From Victivallales bacterium (GTDB taxonomy: Bacteria; Verrucomicrobiota; Lentisphaeria; Victivallales; UBA1829): 64,000 nucleotides of DNA. How positions within the stretch are numbered: the stretch's first letter is position 1; every line of letters begins with the position of its first letter. Position numbers and translations under genes: made by a program. The stretch covers positions 2,736-66,735 of the forward strand of contig JBGUKN010000050.1 in the NCBI GenBank assembly GCA_045114455.1, in the 5' to 3' direction. Below are positions 1-12,297 of this stretch, one piece after another. The notes below the pieces were generated by a model. It was not told where the DNA came from and did no database searches. It worked only from the letters and a program-made list of their open reading frames with translations.

Positions 1-2588
<2,588 letters not shown>

Positions 2589-2626
2589 TTATGGAGTCGT
2601 TCCGGTGATTTTAAATAAGATTCCGA

Positions 2627-2648
2627 CTGAAACATAGCAGTGTTTCAG
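2627..2648. promoter_or_regulatory. Inverted repeat CTGAAACA-N6-TGTTTCAG between the tcdA 3' end and the GH2 start (candidate operator or weak hairpin)
   Basis: Perfect 8-bp arms read directly. Lies about 65-85 nt upstream of the GH2 start codon. No T-run, so not a convincing terminator. Confidence 0.2.
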
Positions 2649-2742
2649 GAAAAATCAATCCCTTTTTCCCTCTTTTTCCGCTTTTTTCGACGGGAATCCG
2701 CGCTTTCCGCGCGAAATCACGTTCCTTAACCGGAAAAAACGA

Positions 2743-3474
2743 TCAGCGTTTCCGGTTCAGGACCCGGTACACCGCGGCGGCGCATTGCACGGCGAACGCC
2801 GCCGGCATGAAGGATACCGTCCCGATCAGCGGATGCCCCGCTTCGTCCAGATTCGGCTTGCGGGGCGTTTCCGTGGAATAGACCGCCGTCACGCCGTGTT
2901 CGATCCCGCGTTCGCGAAGACCTTTTCTGACGAGCTTCGCCAGCGGACACACATTCGTTTTCGAGATGTCGCCGCAACGGATCGCCCCCGGGTCGGTGCG
3001 AAGTCCGGCGCCCATGGAGCTGACCACGGGAACGCCGCGCCGGACGCATTCCGCCAGCAGGGCGATTTTCGACGGCACGGAGTCGATCGCGTCCAGCACG
3101 CAGTCGTAACGCCCGGTATTAAGCACGCCGGGCATGTCTTCGGGCGACAGGAACCGGTCCAGCACGGTCAGTTTGAGCTTCGGATCAATGTCCATCAGGC
3201 GGTCGGCCATGACGACGGCCTTCGACTGCCCGACCGTGCTCGTAAGCGCGGGGATCTGGCGGTTGATGTTGGTCGGATCCACCACGTCGCCGTCCACGAT
3301 CGTCATGGCGCCGACACCCAGCCGCGCGACGAGTTCGGCGGCGAGTCCCCCTACTCCGCCCAGACCGACGCACAGCACCTGCGAACGCAGGATCGTTTCG
3401 ACAGTTTCCGCATCTTCGAGCGCGAGCATGCGCCCCAGCCATTCGGGGAAAAAGACAGAGTCAGACGAGCTCAT
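2743..3474 (-). CDS. tcdA: tRNA threonylcarbamoyladenosine dehydratase (ThiF/MoeB-fold, TcdA/CsdL-like)
   Basis: Internal ATG at 3474 of track ORF 2743..3753. Motifs LCVGLGGVGGLAAELVARLGVGAMTIVDGDVVDPTNINRQ (Rossmann GxGxxG plus NRQ) are typical of TcdA. The upstream part of the track ORF overlaps tatD and is rejected. Confidence 0.8.
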   Translation of the reverse strand: MSSSDSVFFPEWLGRMLALEDAETVETILRSQVLCVGLGGVGGLAAELVARLGVGAMTIVDGDVVDPTNINRQIPALTSTVGQSKAVVMADRLMDIDPKLKLTVLDRFLSPEDMPGVLNTGRYDCVLDAIDSVPSKIALLAECVRRGVPVVSSMGAGLRTDPGAIRCGDISKTNVCPLAKLVRKGLRERGIEHGVTAVYSTETPRKPNLDEAGHPLIGTVSFMPAAFAVQCAAAVYRVLNRKR

Positions 3475-4138
3475 GGCGGAATATCCTTTCGAAGTTGGCG
3501 CGCACAACGGCGGCGAATTCGGACGGCGGAAGCAGGTGCATGGCGGCGGCTTCGGCCACGATCCGGTCGAAAAGCTCCGGCGATTCATCCGTCTCGACCA
3601 GGATGCGGTCAAGCGGAATCTCCGCGAAATAATCCATGTTTCCGGCGTCGCGGAGCAGTCCCGCGCCAAACGAGAGCATGCATCCCGCGTCCAGCAGGTC
3701 GAACGCTTTCCGTTTCGTCCCGCGGAATCCATGGAGCACCCATGCGGGCGCATCGTCGGGGCGCGACGATCTGAGGCGGAGAAGTTCCTGAAAACACCGC
3801 ACGCAATGGATCACAAGCGGCTTGCCGCGGCGTTCGGCCTCCGCGATCTGTGCTTCGAACACCTTCATCTGAAGCGGGAGGGGCGTATCCGAAGTGCGGT
3901 CGAGGCCGCATTCGCCGATGGCCAGACAGCGGGGCGAATCGAATAACGGAGAAAAGGCGTCGAGCTCATATTTCCCAGCGTCCCACGGATGGATCCCGGC
4001 AGAAAAAAAGATAGGATCCGGCATGGTGCAGGAAGGGTCCCCGATGTTCCACAGACGGAAAACGGCTTCATCCGCACCGGGAACGCCGTGCGCATGGGCG
4101 TCCGGCAGATGAAGTCCGGCCAGAGGGGTTCCGGTCAT
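3461..4138 (-). CDS. TatD-family metal-dependent hydrolase
   Basis: C-terminal 225 aa of track ORF 3461..4912. Start ATG at 4138 overlaps the rsmB stop (ATGA). Motifs DAHAH, GIHPW, IGECGLD, HCVRCF, HGFRG, LVETDESP match TatD metal-ligand positions. Confidence 0.75.
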   Translation of the reverse strand: MTGTPLAGLHLPDAHAHGVPGADEAVFRLWNIGDPSCTMPDPIFFSAGIHPWDAGKYELDAFSPLFDSPRCLAIGECGLDRTSDTPLPLQMKVFEAQIAEAERRGKPLVIHCVRCFQELLRLRSSRPDDAPAWVLHGFRGTKRKAFDLLDAGCMLSFGAGLLRDAGNMDYFAEIPLDRILVETDESPELFDRIVAEAAAMHLLPPSEFAAVVRANFERIFRHELV

Positions 4139-5403
4139 TTGCCACCGTTTCGGACAAAGAGCGCGGTGAAGGAGCAGTCGCAGTCGGCATGGCTGGGCAG
4201 AGTCGTCAGCGTGCCGTCTGTCTTTGTGCCGTCGTGCGGGTTTTTGAACGGCTTGAGCTTGAAATCGGGCCGGGCCTGAAGGAAACGGTTCACGACACCC
4301 ATATTTTCGGCGTCGAAAACAGAGCATGTGGCATAGATGAGTTTGCCGCCGGGCAGCACGGTATTCGCAGCCTTGTCCAGAACAGCGAACTGCGTCTTTG
4401 CGAGCTTCGGAAGTTCCTCCCGCTTGAAGATCCACCGCATTTCGGGATTCCGGCGCCAGCGCCCCGACGCGGAGCACGGCGCGTCGACCAGGACCCCGTC
4501 GTATTCGCCAAGAGAACCGTTCAGCGGAGTCGTGATCCTGATGTTGCGGAAGTGTCCGGCAAGCATCCGTTTTTTCAGCTGTTCCAGGACGTCCTCCCGG
4601 ATATCGGAAGCAAAGATCCGAACGCTTTTGCCGCCATCGGCGGCGAGCTGAAGTGTCTTTCCTCCGGCGCCGCAGCAGCAGTCCCACCACTTTTCCTTCG
4701 GCTGGACATCCGCGGGCCAGACGATGCACTGGGAAGAGAAATCCTGCACTTCGAAATTTCCGGCAAGCCCTTTCAGCTTGTCCAAATGCGGATGCGGCGT
4801 TTTCACGCGCACGGCGTTCACGAGGACCTCGGAACCGCGTTCCGCCTGGATATCCTGCGTCTGAAGGCGCTGGATAAGATCGTTTGCGGTGATGTTCTGC
4901 GCGCGGAGCCACAAGGAGGAACGGGTCGCCAAACCGTCAAGCCAGGCCTGCCGTATCTCTTCCGGGACCTCGGACGGCATCCAGTCCGGCACCAGATCGT
5001 ACGAATCCAGATCCAGGTCGCTGTTTGTGACGGTGCGGATCCGTTTGAAAGGGTCCGTCATCGCAGCCAGCACGTCCGGCGCCACGTCGCACCAGAACGG
5101 GAAAACGGGGCAGGACGGATCGTCGGCGGCAAGCGCGGCGGAAAGAGCGGGGCCGGGAATGTTCTCCCGGTCGATATCGAACAATTTTTCGAGACAGCCC
5201 TTCCAGCGGAAAAATGCAAAAACACTGCTCGTGATGGCGTGTCTGTCGCGCGAACCGTATTTGTGGTTGGCGCGGAAGAAATCCGCCAGAAACTTGTCCG
5301 CGGGCGTGCCTTTTTCCTCAAGGTCGCGCCAAGTAAGACGGATCGCATCCAGACAGGCGAGAGCAAGGGTCTTCAGTTTGTTTCCTGCCAAACCTTCGAG
5401 CAT
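4135..5403 (-). CDS. rsmB: rRNA (cytosine-C5)-methyltransferase, RsmB/NOL1/NOP2/Sun family
   Basis: 422-aa ORF with a NusB-like N-terminus, SAM motif DCCCGAGGKT, and catalytic-Cys motifs VDAPCSASG and IYATCS. Confidence 0.75.
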   Translation of the reverse strand: MLEGLAGNKLKTLALACLDAIRLTWRDLEEKGTPADKFLADFFRANHKYGSRDRHAITSSVFAFFRWKGCLEKLFDIDRENIPGPALSAALAADDPSCPVFPFWCDVAPDVLAAMTDPFKRIRTVTNSDLDLDSYDLVPDWMPSEVPEEIRQAWLDGLATRSSLWLRAQNITANDLIQRLQTQDIQAERGSEVLVNAVRVKTPHPHLDKLKGLAGNFEVQDFSSQCIVWPADVQPKEKWWDCCCGAGGKTLQLAADGGKSVRIFASDIREDVLEQLKKRMLAGHFRNIRITTPLNGSLGEYDGVLVDAPCSASGRWRRNPEMRWIFKREELPKLAKTQFAVLDKAANTVLPGGKLIYATCSVFDAENMGVVNRFLQARPDFKLKPFKNPHDGTKTDGTLTTLPSHADCDCSFTALFVRNGGK

Positions 5404-5433
5404 AATGGCGGACCTTTCCTGTTCGTTGCGGGA

Positions 5434-5922
5434 TCAGGCATCCTTCGGGAAGAGAATCAGAGCGGCATGCGCCTCGATCGCCTGGCAGTGCCCGACGGAA
5501 TCCAGACCTTCGGCGGTTTTCGCCTTGATGGAAACATGGTCGGCGCCGATGCCGAGGACCGAGGCCAAAGCGTCGCGCATACGGGGGATATATGGCGCGA
5601 GTTTCGGTTTCTGGGCAATGATCGTGATATCGACGTTGCCGATCCGCCATTCCCGGAATTCAGGAAGGGCAAGCGTTTTCCTGAGCAGGGATTCGCCGGA
5701 CGCGCCGAGATACTGCGGATCGTCGTCCGGGTAATGCTGCCCGATGTCGCCGAGCGCGAGCGCGCCGAACAGGGCGTCGATCAGGGCGTGAACGGGGACA
5801 TCGGCGTCGCTGTGTCCGTCGAGTCCGGTTTCGTTCGGGATATGGCAGGTGCAGAGCATCAGATCGCGTTCCGGCGCCATACGATGAACATCATAGCCGA
5901 TTCCGATTCGCATGTCTTTCAT
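5434..5922 (-). CDS. ispF: 2-C-methyl-D-erythritol 2,4-cyclodiphosphate synthase
   Basis: RIGIGYDVHRM, GHSDADVPVHALIDALFGA, ALGDIGQHYPD. GGAGG SD upstream. An alternative start 9 nt downstream (MRIGIGYD) is possible. Confidence 0.93.
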   Translation of the reverse strand: MKDMRIGIGYDVHRMAPERDLMLCTCHIPNETGLDGHSDADVPVHALIDALFGALALGDIGQHYPDDDPQYLGASGESLLRKTLALPEFREWRIGNVDITIIAQKPKLAPYIPRMRDALASVLGIGADHVSIKAKTAEGLDSVGHCQAIEAHAALILFPKDA

Positions 5923-5963
5923 GGATTCCGTACCTCCTTCGCTGCTGCGGAAAACGATTTGAT

Positions 5964-7616
5964 TTATTCCTGATTCCGTCCGCGGCGGTTGATTGTGGCG
6001 GAGTTGTAAACCCAGGACTGAAGCCCGCGGCTCACGACTTCCTGCTTGCGATATTTCAGTTCGCCGAGGAGCGTTTCCTTCTTCTCTGCGATCTCTTCCG
6101 CGGTGGCGGCCGTATGCGCGTCCACAAAGACAAACACAGGGAACCCGAACTGCTTGTCCGGGGTGGAGAGCTTTCCCGGGTCGGTGGTCAGGATTTCGTT
6201 CACGGCCGGCATGTAGGGATTCTCCTCGATCTCGAAGCGGGGCCGCGTGACTTCCGCGTGCCAGGTTCCCTTCAGGGACTTCACGAGCTCTTCGATCTCG
6301 GCGGGGGCGTCCTTCAGCTCCATGAACTTCAGAACGAGCTGAGAGGCGGCTTCTTCCGCCAGGGCGCGTTCGCGCTGGGAGAGGACGCGTTTCTGCGCGA
6401 CGTCCTTCACATCCTCGAAAGGCTGGAGCACGGCGGGACGGCGGGCGGTCATCAGGAACATGGAAACGCCGTGTTCCCCGTTCAGGAGGTTGGTGTAGGA
6501 ACCGACGTTCTTCAGGATCGTAACGGCATCGACCAGCTGATGGTCGATATGGAGTTCTTCGTCGGACTTTGTCTGTGCGGTGATGTTCTTGATCTCGGAG
6601 ACCTTCAGTCCGGCCTTTTCGGCCTCTTCCCGGAAGAACTTCTGCGGATCGGCCAGATAGGCGTCCTTGTCTTCCTTGATCACAGCGCGGAACGACTTGT
6701 TGAAAGCCTGGGCCTTGGCGACCGCTTCGTCGCGTTCGACTGTGACTTCAAGCTCCTTGCGGATCTCGTCCTTCACCTCGTCGAACGGCTGTTCCGTACC
6801 GTCGTCCTTGACGAAAAGCCCTTTTCTGAGCTCGTAGTAATCTTTCAGCTGTTCTTCGGACACCTCGGTCTTCTTCTCCGTATAGGCGGCGAACGCCAGC
6901 AGACCGTCGGATTCCGGCTCGCTCATGAAGAGGTCCGGATTGGCCGCATAGAAATCCTTGATCTCGGCATCTTCGAGCTTCACCTGGTCTTCGAAGGACT
7001 CCGGTTCGAACGTGACCATATGGTATGTGATCTTCTGAAGCATCGATTCGATGCCGGTTTCCGCTTCATCGTCCGCCACGATCACGTTCGCGGCCGTCAG
7101 CATCGGCACTTTCTGCATGCGGATCATGGAACGGACCGCCTCTTCAAGATCGGAGAAACCGAGTCCGGCAGGCGCAAGATAAATGTCTTTGTACTTCGTG
7201 TAGAGTTCCGCCGAGAACTTTCCGTCGTTCATGAATATCGGCAGGGAGTGAATCACTTCGGCGACTTCCTTGTCGCTGGCCTGGATGTTCAGGACATCGG
7301 CGGCTTTCAGCATGATCGCGGCCTGGAAGGAGGCATCCTCGTCCAGCGACTGCACGCGCTGCGGAGACATGCCGTAGCTGGCGGCACGGACCAGCGACGC
7401 GACCTGGCGGGCATTGCTCACATCGCCGTAAGTGATATCGTGTCCGAGCACGGCTCCGTATTTGGTACTCATGCCGACGTTCCCGCCGAACAGCAGGGAC
7501 CCGTCCACGCCCGGCGTGAAGAACCAGACGAACGAAACGATGACGACGCCCGTAAAAATGGCAAAAGTGACTTTTCCGTGCTTCACCAGCACGTTGTTCA
7601 TTTTCTGAATGATCAT
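5964..7616 (-). CDS. PpiD-like periplasmic chaperone (N-terminal TM anchor plus SurA_N-like domain)
   Basis: Start moved to ATG 7616 (MIIQKMNNVLVKHGKVTFAIFTGVVIVSFVWFF), matching the PpiD-type N-terminal anchor. Long helical, acidic periplasmic part. I could not recognise a parvulin domain by eye. Confidence 0.55.
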   Translation of the reverse strand: MIIQKMNNVLVKHGKVTFAIFTGVVIVSFVWFFTPGVDGSLLFGGNVGMSTKYGAVLGHDITYGDVSNARQVASLVRAASYGMSPQRVQSLDEDASFQAAIMLKAADVLNIQASDKEVAEVIHSLPIFMNDGKFSAELYTKYKDIYLAPAGLGFSDLEEAVRSMIRMQKVPMLTAANVIVADDEAETGIESMLQKITYHMVTFEPESFEDQVKLEDAEIKDFYAANPDLFMSEPESDGLLAFAAYTEKKTEVSEEQLKDYYELRKGLFVKDDGTEQPFDEVKDEIRKELEVTVERDEAVAKAQAFNKSFRAVIKEDKDAYLADPQKFFREEAEKAGLKVSEIKNITAQTKSDEELHIDHQLVDAVTILKNVGSYTNLLNGEHGVSMFLMTARRPAVLQPFEDVKDVAQKRVLSQRERALAEEAASQLVLKFMELKDAPAEIEELVKSLKGTWHAEVTRPRFEIEENPYMPAVNEILTTDPGKLSTPDKQFGFPVFVFVDAHTAATAEEIAEKKETLLGELKYRKQEVVSRGLQSWVYNSATINRRGRNQE

Positions 7617-7863
7617 GGGTTGGGTGACCTCTATTGGTGCAAATGTTCTGAAGAAAATACAAAACATTAATTTAATGCCAAAACATGAAATGTCAAGCCC
7701 CGCCCCGTAAAAGTCGATGAAATATTCCGTGAAGCCGACATCCTGCCGGATGCCCCGCGTCCGACCGTCGGAACCGACGATGCCATTTTCCGTTATTGTC
7801 CTGCAAAAAACGTTTCATCCGCCGTTTTATTGTCGGAAATATACATCTTTTCCCGTTTCAGGC

Positions 7864-7891
7864 TTGATTTTTTTCTTTCGCGCTGTATAAT
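7864..7891 (+). promoter_or_regulatory. Sigma70-like promoter TTGATT-N16-TATAAT for the ankyrin gene
   Basis: -35 TTGATT at 7864-7869 and a perfect -10 TATAAT at 7886-7891, with 16-nt spacing, about 60 nt upstream of ATG 7951 in an AT-rich tract. Confidence 0.4.
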
Positions 7892-7950
7892 ATATTATAT
7901 TGTTTTTGTATTGTTCTGTCTGGCCTAAAAAACATTTTGGAGTGACTGCC

Positions 7951-9291
7951 ATGCCGAAAGCTTTCCTCTCTTTTTGTTTCTTCGTATTGTCCATCGTTTT
8001 CGCGACTTCAACATATGCGGCCGCATTGCAATCACGCTTCGACAAGCTTATCGAACGGCATTCATTCGGCAATTCGGATGTTGCGGAACTCCGTTCCATC
8101 ATGGCGGAGGAAAAGGAATCCGGGGAAAAGGTCGATTGCACGTTCTGTTCCGATGATTTCACATGGTATCTCGTCGAAAATCGTTTTTTCGATGAAGCGA
8201 TATGGCTCTTCGATCATAACGCCGACTACGGCATCAAGAGCAAACAGGACGGGATGACGCTCCTTCATGCCGTCTGCCGCGACGGACATCAGGAGTTTGC
8301 GGAACTCCTCATCGAACGGGGCGCCGAGATCAATCTTCCCGATGAGGAAGGCCGTACTGCCATTCATTACGCCGTCGTGAGCGGCAATTCCAAACTTGTG
8401 GAATCTCTTCTCAAGCTCGGAAGCGATCCGAACAGGCTTACGAAACGATTGGACACTCCGCTCCATTTCGCGGTAAGGCATTCCCATCTGGAAGAGGTCA
8501 AACTCCTTATCGAAAACGGAGCAAGCATCAAAGCCGTCAACTGGCCGCTTGTGGAGAATCTGATAGAGCAGCGCCGTCATCAGGACACAATCCTCAACGA
8601 TGCCAATGAAGCGCGCATCCTCTCTCTGAAAAAACACCTCGGGCTGAAAATTCCGGAGGTGCTTCAGGCTGAAGATGAGGAAGAAGAGGAGGCGGAAGAA
8701 GAAGAGAACGTACACAAGAAAAGAAGAAACAATGATTTCCTCGCAAAGAAAGTCGATTTTAATCGTATTCCCGTGGAGTTTCTTCCTCTGGACGTGACGG
8801 ATGCCGCAAATATCGACGGCATGACCGCGTTGCATTTTGCCGCGCAAAACGGCGACACGGATGTCGTGAGATATCTTGTCGAACATGGCGCGGACATTAA
8901 CGCGCAGGACGATATTCTCAGCAGATCCGTGATCCATTTGGCAGCGGAAAATGGCAACCTCGATTGCATCAAATACCTTACGGAACAGGGAGCGAATCTG
9001 CTGGACAGGGACAGCTACGGCGCCACAGCATTCCATTATGCCGCAAGAAGCAACAGACTTGATGTCGCAAAATACCTGGTCAGCAAAAAGATGGACTATA
9101 CGGCAAAGGATGTCCGCGGGTGGACAGCCATGCATTATGCGGCCAGCGGCGGCAGCCTTGACATCGTCAAATATCTTCTTGCAAAAGGCCTCAACATCAA
9201 CGAGAGGGCAAAATCCGGGCGCACTCCGCTTTTCTTTGCAAGAGAACACCGCGAAGTCCGCAAGTTCATGTTGACCAAAGGGGCGCAGTGA
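7951..9291 (+). CDS. Secreted ankyrin-repeat protein
   Basis: ATG 7951 is preceded by GGAG (the track start 7900 is a TTG). Signal peptide MPKAFLSFCFFVLSIVFATSTYAAA. About 8 ANK repeats (e.g. DGMTLLHAVCRDGHQEFAELLIERGAEIN, DGMTALHFAAQNGDTDVVRYLVEHGADIN) with an acidic linker EDEEEEEAEEEE. Confidence 0.85.
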   Translation: MPKAFLSFCFFVLSIVFATSTYAAALQSRFDKLIERHSFGNSDVAELRSIMAEEKESGEKVDCTFCSDDFTWYLVENRFFDEAIWLFDHNADYGIKSKQDGMTLLHAVCRDGHQEFAELLIERGAEINLPDEEGRTAIHYAVVSGNSKLVESLLKLGSDPNRLTKRLDTPLHFAVRHSHLEEVKLLIENGASIKAVNWPLVENLIEQRRHQDTILNDANEARILSLKKHLGLKIPEVLQAEDEEEEEAEEEENVHKKRRNNDFLAKKVDFNRIPVEFLPLDVTDAANIDGMTALHFAAQNGDTDVVRYLVEHGADINAQDDILSRSVIHLAAENGNLDCIKYLTEQGANLLDRDSYGATAFHYAARSNRLDVAKYLVSKKMDYTAKDVRGWTAMHYAASGGSLDIVKYLLAKGLNINERAKSGRTPLFFAREHREVRKFMLTKGAQ

Positions 9292-9552
9292 TCTCCAACG
9301 GGTTCGCCATGACTCATCCGCCGTGTTCCCGGTTCATCCGGTCGGATTGAGATTCTCCTATCCCCGTCATTGACTGAATAATCCGGATCGCTAATGCGGT
9401 CCGGCATCCGTCCGCCATGCCTTTTTTTTGAATAAAATATGGAATCGGCACTTGCGAAAAAAGGCAACCCGTGATACAGTAAATGAACCATTTTTCCACG
9501 CCCGGCGGAGCCATTCTTTTTCCCGCCGGGATCAGACTGAAAGGATTACAGC

Positions 9553-10689
9553 ATGTCTTTTGAAACCGGGAGCATCTCCCTTATGATTTGCCCGCTCCGC
9601 AATCCCATGCCGGAGAATTATCTGGAACTCTTCGCAAAGCATTCCGCCGGAAAACTCGACGACGTGAAGGACGAGCCTGTGCTCGGCTGGGTCAGCGGAC
9701 GCCATCTGCTCGAAAGCAAGATCGACGACACCACGTCCGTGTGCGGCGGATTCCCCTATCTGAACCTGCGGAAGACCGAACGCAAGGTGCCGTCCCAGCT
9801 CCTGAACGCCGTCTGCCGCCGCGACGAGCTCGCCTACATGCAGGCGAACGACTGTCTCTTTGTGCCCCGCAAGGAAAAGCGCGCGATCAAGGAGGAGGCG
9901 GTTCAGGCGCTGATGCCGAAGATGGTCCCCACGATCTCCGCCGTGCCGTTCGTGGTCGACACCGCCGCGAACGTGCTGTATTTCGGCGCGGCATCGCTTG
10001 CGAAATTCGACGTCTTCGTGCAGGAATTCACCCGCGCGCTCGGTCTGGACGTCGAGCCCGTGCCGGTCTCCGTCGACGAGCTCATGGTGTCGCTCCTGAA
10101 GAAGAACGAGACCGACCTGCCCCCGCTCACGCTCACGAACCAGGCGTCCGGCATGGACGAACCCCAGCCAGGACGCGATTTCCTGACCTGGCTCTGGTAC
10201 GAAGCCGAAGTCAACGGCGGAAAATGCTCCGTCGGCGAACTCGGCAGCTTCGTGCTGGCGATCGAAGGCCCCCTCACGCTCGCATATTCCCCCGGCAAGA
10301 CCAAGGACCCCGACCTGGCCGGTTCCGGCGAAAGCGTGGTCAAACGCGGCAACCCGATGGCCTCCGGCGAGGCGAAGGCCGCCCTTTCCAGCGGCAAGAA
10401 GCTCCGCAAGGCGCGCGTCACCTTCGCCCGCGAAGGCGGCGACGCCGAGGTCGACAAGTGGTCGTTCACGTTCGACGCCGACGCCTTCACGTTCGGCTCC
10501 GTCAAGCTCCCGACCGGCGAGGAGATGGAACGCGAATCCGCGTTCGAGGAACGCGTCGCCAACCTGAACGTCCTCCGCACCGTCTTCAACGCCTATTTCA
10601 AGAAATTCGCCGCGGCCGTCATGAACGGCAAGAACATCGCCACGGAAAAGGCGATGCGCCAGTGGGTCGCCGACCGCGAATCCCTCTGA
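9553..10689 (+). CDS. rdgC: RdgC-like recombination-associated protein
   Basis: Colinear with the E. coli RdgC pattern as I remember it: GWV early, an RKEKRAIKEEAVQALMPK block, and VVDTAANVLYFGAASLAKFDVFVQEFTRALG. Longer than E. coli RdgC. Confidence 0.6.
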   Translation: MSFETGSISLMICPLRNPMPENYLELFAKHSAGKLDDVKDEPVLGWVSGRHLLESKIDDTTSVCGGFPYLNLRKTERKVPSQLLNAVCRRDELAYMQANDCLFVPRKEKRAIKEEAVQALMPKMVPTISAVPFVVDTAANVLYFGAASLAKFDVFVQEFTRALGLDVEPVPVSVDELMVSLLKKNETDLPPLTLTNQASGMDEPQPGRDFLTWLWYEAEVNGGKCSVGELGSFVLAIEGPLTLAYSPGKTKDPDLAGSGESVVKRGNPMASGEAKAALSSGKKLRKARVTFAREGGDAEVDKWSFTFDADAFTFGSVKLPTGEEMERESAFEERVANLNVLRTVFNAYFKKFAAAVMNGKNIATEKAMRQWVADRESL

Positions 10690-10708
10690 TCCGACCCCGG
10701 AGCCTCCC

Positions 10709-11734
10709 ATGAACCATCCGCGGGGCAGAGAAACATCCGGTGCGGCCGCTTTCGACCGCATCACGCCGGAGCTTTTTCTCCCCGCGCTGGAGGACGCCCT
10801 CGCATGCCGCCTGACCGGGCTGGCTTCCGCCCTGCCCAGCTACATCAACCGCGTCTACGAGATCGAGGCGGCCACCGGAGAACGCCTCGTAGTCAAGTTC
10901 TACAGGCCCGGACGCTGGACGCGCGAGGCGATCCTCGACGAACACGATTTCCTGTGGGATTGCGACGGCGAGGAGATTCCCGTCGTGCCGCCCTACGAAC
11001 TCGAAACGGATTCCACGCTCGGCGAACTCGACGACGTCTTCTTCGCCGTCTTCCCGCGCATGAGGGGTCGCGAAGTCGAACTCGAACAGGACGAAACGCT
11101 CACGCGCGTCGGCTCCCTGCTCGGGCGCATCCATGCCTGCGGCGAACGCCGAACCGCTCCTCACCGGCTCCGCATGACGCCCGCGAACTTCGCCGAGGCA
11201 GCCATGCGCCGCATCTTCGAATCCGGCGCGGTCGATCCCTCGTGCGAACAGGAGCTGATCGACCTCTGCGATGCGATCCTCGACCTGGCGGAGGCGGTCT
11301 ATCCGCCCGACGACGCCATGATCCGCATCCACGGCGATTTCCACCGCGCGAACGTGCTCGACCGTCCCGGCACGGGGCTGATGGCGATCGACTTCGACGA
11401 CATGGTCGCGGGGCCGCCCGTGCAGGACCTCTGGCTGCTGCTCCCCGGCACCCCAACCGAATCGAAACGCGAGCTCGACGTGATCCTGGCCGCCTACGAA
11501 GTCTTCCGTCCGTTCGACCGCGCCTCGCTCCGCCTCGTCGAGCCCCTCCGCGCCATGCGCATGATGCACTTCCTTTCCTGGTGCGCCGTGCAGTCCGGCG
11601 ACGCCGGATTCCGCAGGCAGTACCCCGACTGGGGCACGCGCGAATTCTGGCGCCGCGAAACCGCCGACTTCCGTATTCAGCTCGAAAACATCCGGCGCGC
11701 GCTGGATGGAAAGGATTATTCATGGAACCGCTGA
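10709..11734 (+). CDS. srkA: Stress-response Ser/Thr kinase SrkA (YihE/RdoA, aminoglycoside-phosphotransferase fold)
   Basis: SYINRVYEI, VVKFYRPGRW, IHGDFHRANVL, IDFDD. Typical YihE length. Confidence 0.8.
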   Translation: MNHPRGRETSGAAAFDRITPELFLPALEDALACRLTGLASALPSYINRVYEIEAATGERLVVKFYRPGRWTREAILDEHDFLWDCDGEEIPVVPPYELETDSTLGELDDVFFAVFPRMRGREVELEQDETLTRVGSLLGRIHACGERRTAPHRLRMTPANFAEAAMRRIFESGAVDPSCEQELIDLCDAILDLAEAVYPPDDAMIRIHGDFHRANVLDRPGTGLMAIDFDDMVAGPPVQDLWLLLPGTPTESKRELDVILAAYEVFRPFDRASLRLVEPLRAMRMMHFLSWCAVQSGDAGFRRQYPDWGTREFWRRETADFRIQLENIRRALDGKDYSWNR

Positions 11735-12297
11735 CCGAACAGAAACCTGAACAGAAACCAGCTCAAAGACGCTCCCGCGGAAACCACGTCCTCGCGGCGT
11801 TCCTCCTCGGCATCATCGCCGGGGCCGCCGCCATGTTCTGCGCCGGATTCCTCTACCTCCGCCACAACCTCATCGTCTCCTACGAATTCCCCGGCCTCTC
11901 CGCCGACGATTTCGACGATGCACTGGAGAACGCCCTGCCCGCGGAGTCCGGCTGGAAATCCTCGCGTGAAGCATGTTCCCTGCCCCTGCCCTCCGACGGG
12001 CGCGCACTCTACAACTGGAAACTCTGCAATCGCGAGTATGCGCGCGGCATTATGGACGACCCGAACCACGGCCTCGTCCTGCCCGCCCTGATTCCCTGCA
12101 CGCTCAGCGTCACGAACGACCCGAACGGCAACGCCGTACTGTCGCGCCTGAACACCGCGCTCCTCGGCGTGATCTACGGCGGGAACGCGCGCCGCGTCCT
12201 GCGGTCCGGCATCGCACCGGAACAGGAGGCGCTGATCTCCATGCTCGCCGACGGCATCCGAAAAGAAAAAGCTCAACGAAAGGACAATACGCCATGA
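11722..12297 (+). CDS. Membrane-anchored DUF302-like protein
   Basis: Internal ATG 11722 of track ORF 10804..12297; overlaps the srkA end by 13 nt. N-terminal TM (VLAAFLLGIIAGAAAMFCAGFLY), then the DUF302-like pattern LCNREYARGIMDDPNHGLVLPALIPCTLSV..NGNAVLS. Confidence 0.5.
   Translation: MEPLTEQKPEQKPAQRRSRGNHVLAAFLLGIIAGAAAMFCAGFLYLRHNLIVSYEFPGLSADDFDDALENALPAESGWKSSREACSLPLPSDGRALYNWKLCNREYARGIMDDPNHGLVLPALIPCTLSVTNDPNGNAVLSRLNTALLGVIYGGNARRVLRSGIAPEQEALISMLADGIRKEKAQRKDNTP

Noticed and set aside
9135-9514. Small minus-strand ORFs (118 aa and 66 aa) in the spacer after the ankyrin gene.
   Set aside because: They have no SD and odd composition, they overlap the ankyrin 3' end, and no homology was recognised. 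They are likely non-coding.
9501-9530. Hairpin CCCGGCGG-N14-CCGCCGGG between the ankyrin gene and rdgC, considered as a terminator.
   Set aside because: It has a long loop and no following T-run, and it sits only ~20 nt before the rdgC SD. There is not enough evidence for a terminator or a riboswitch.
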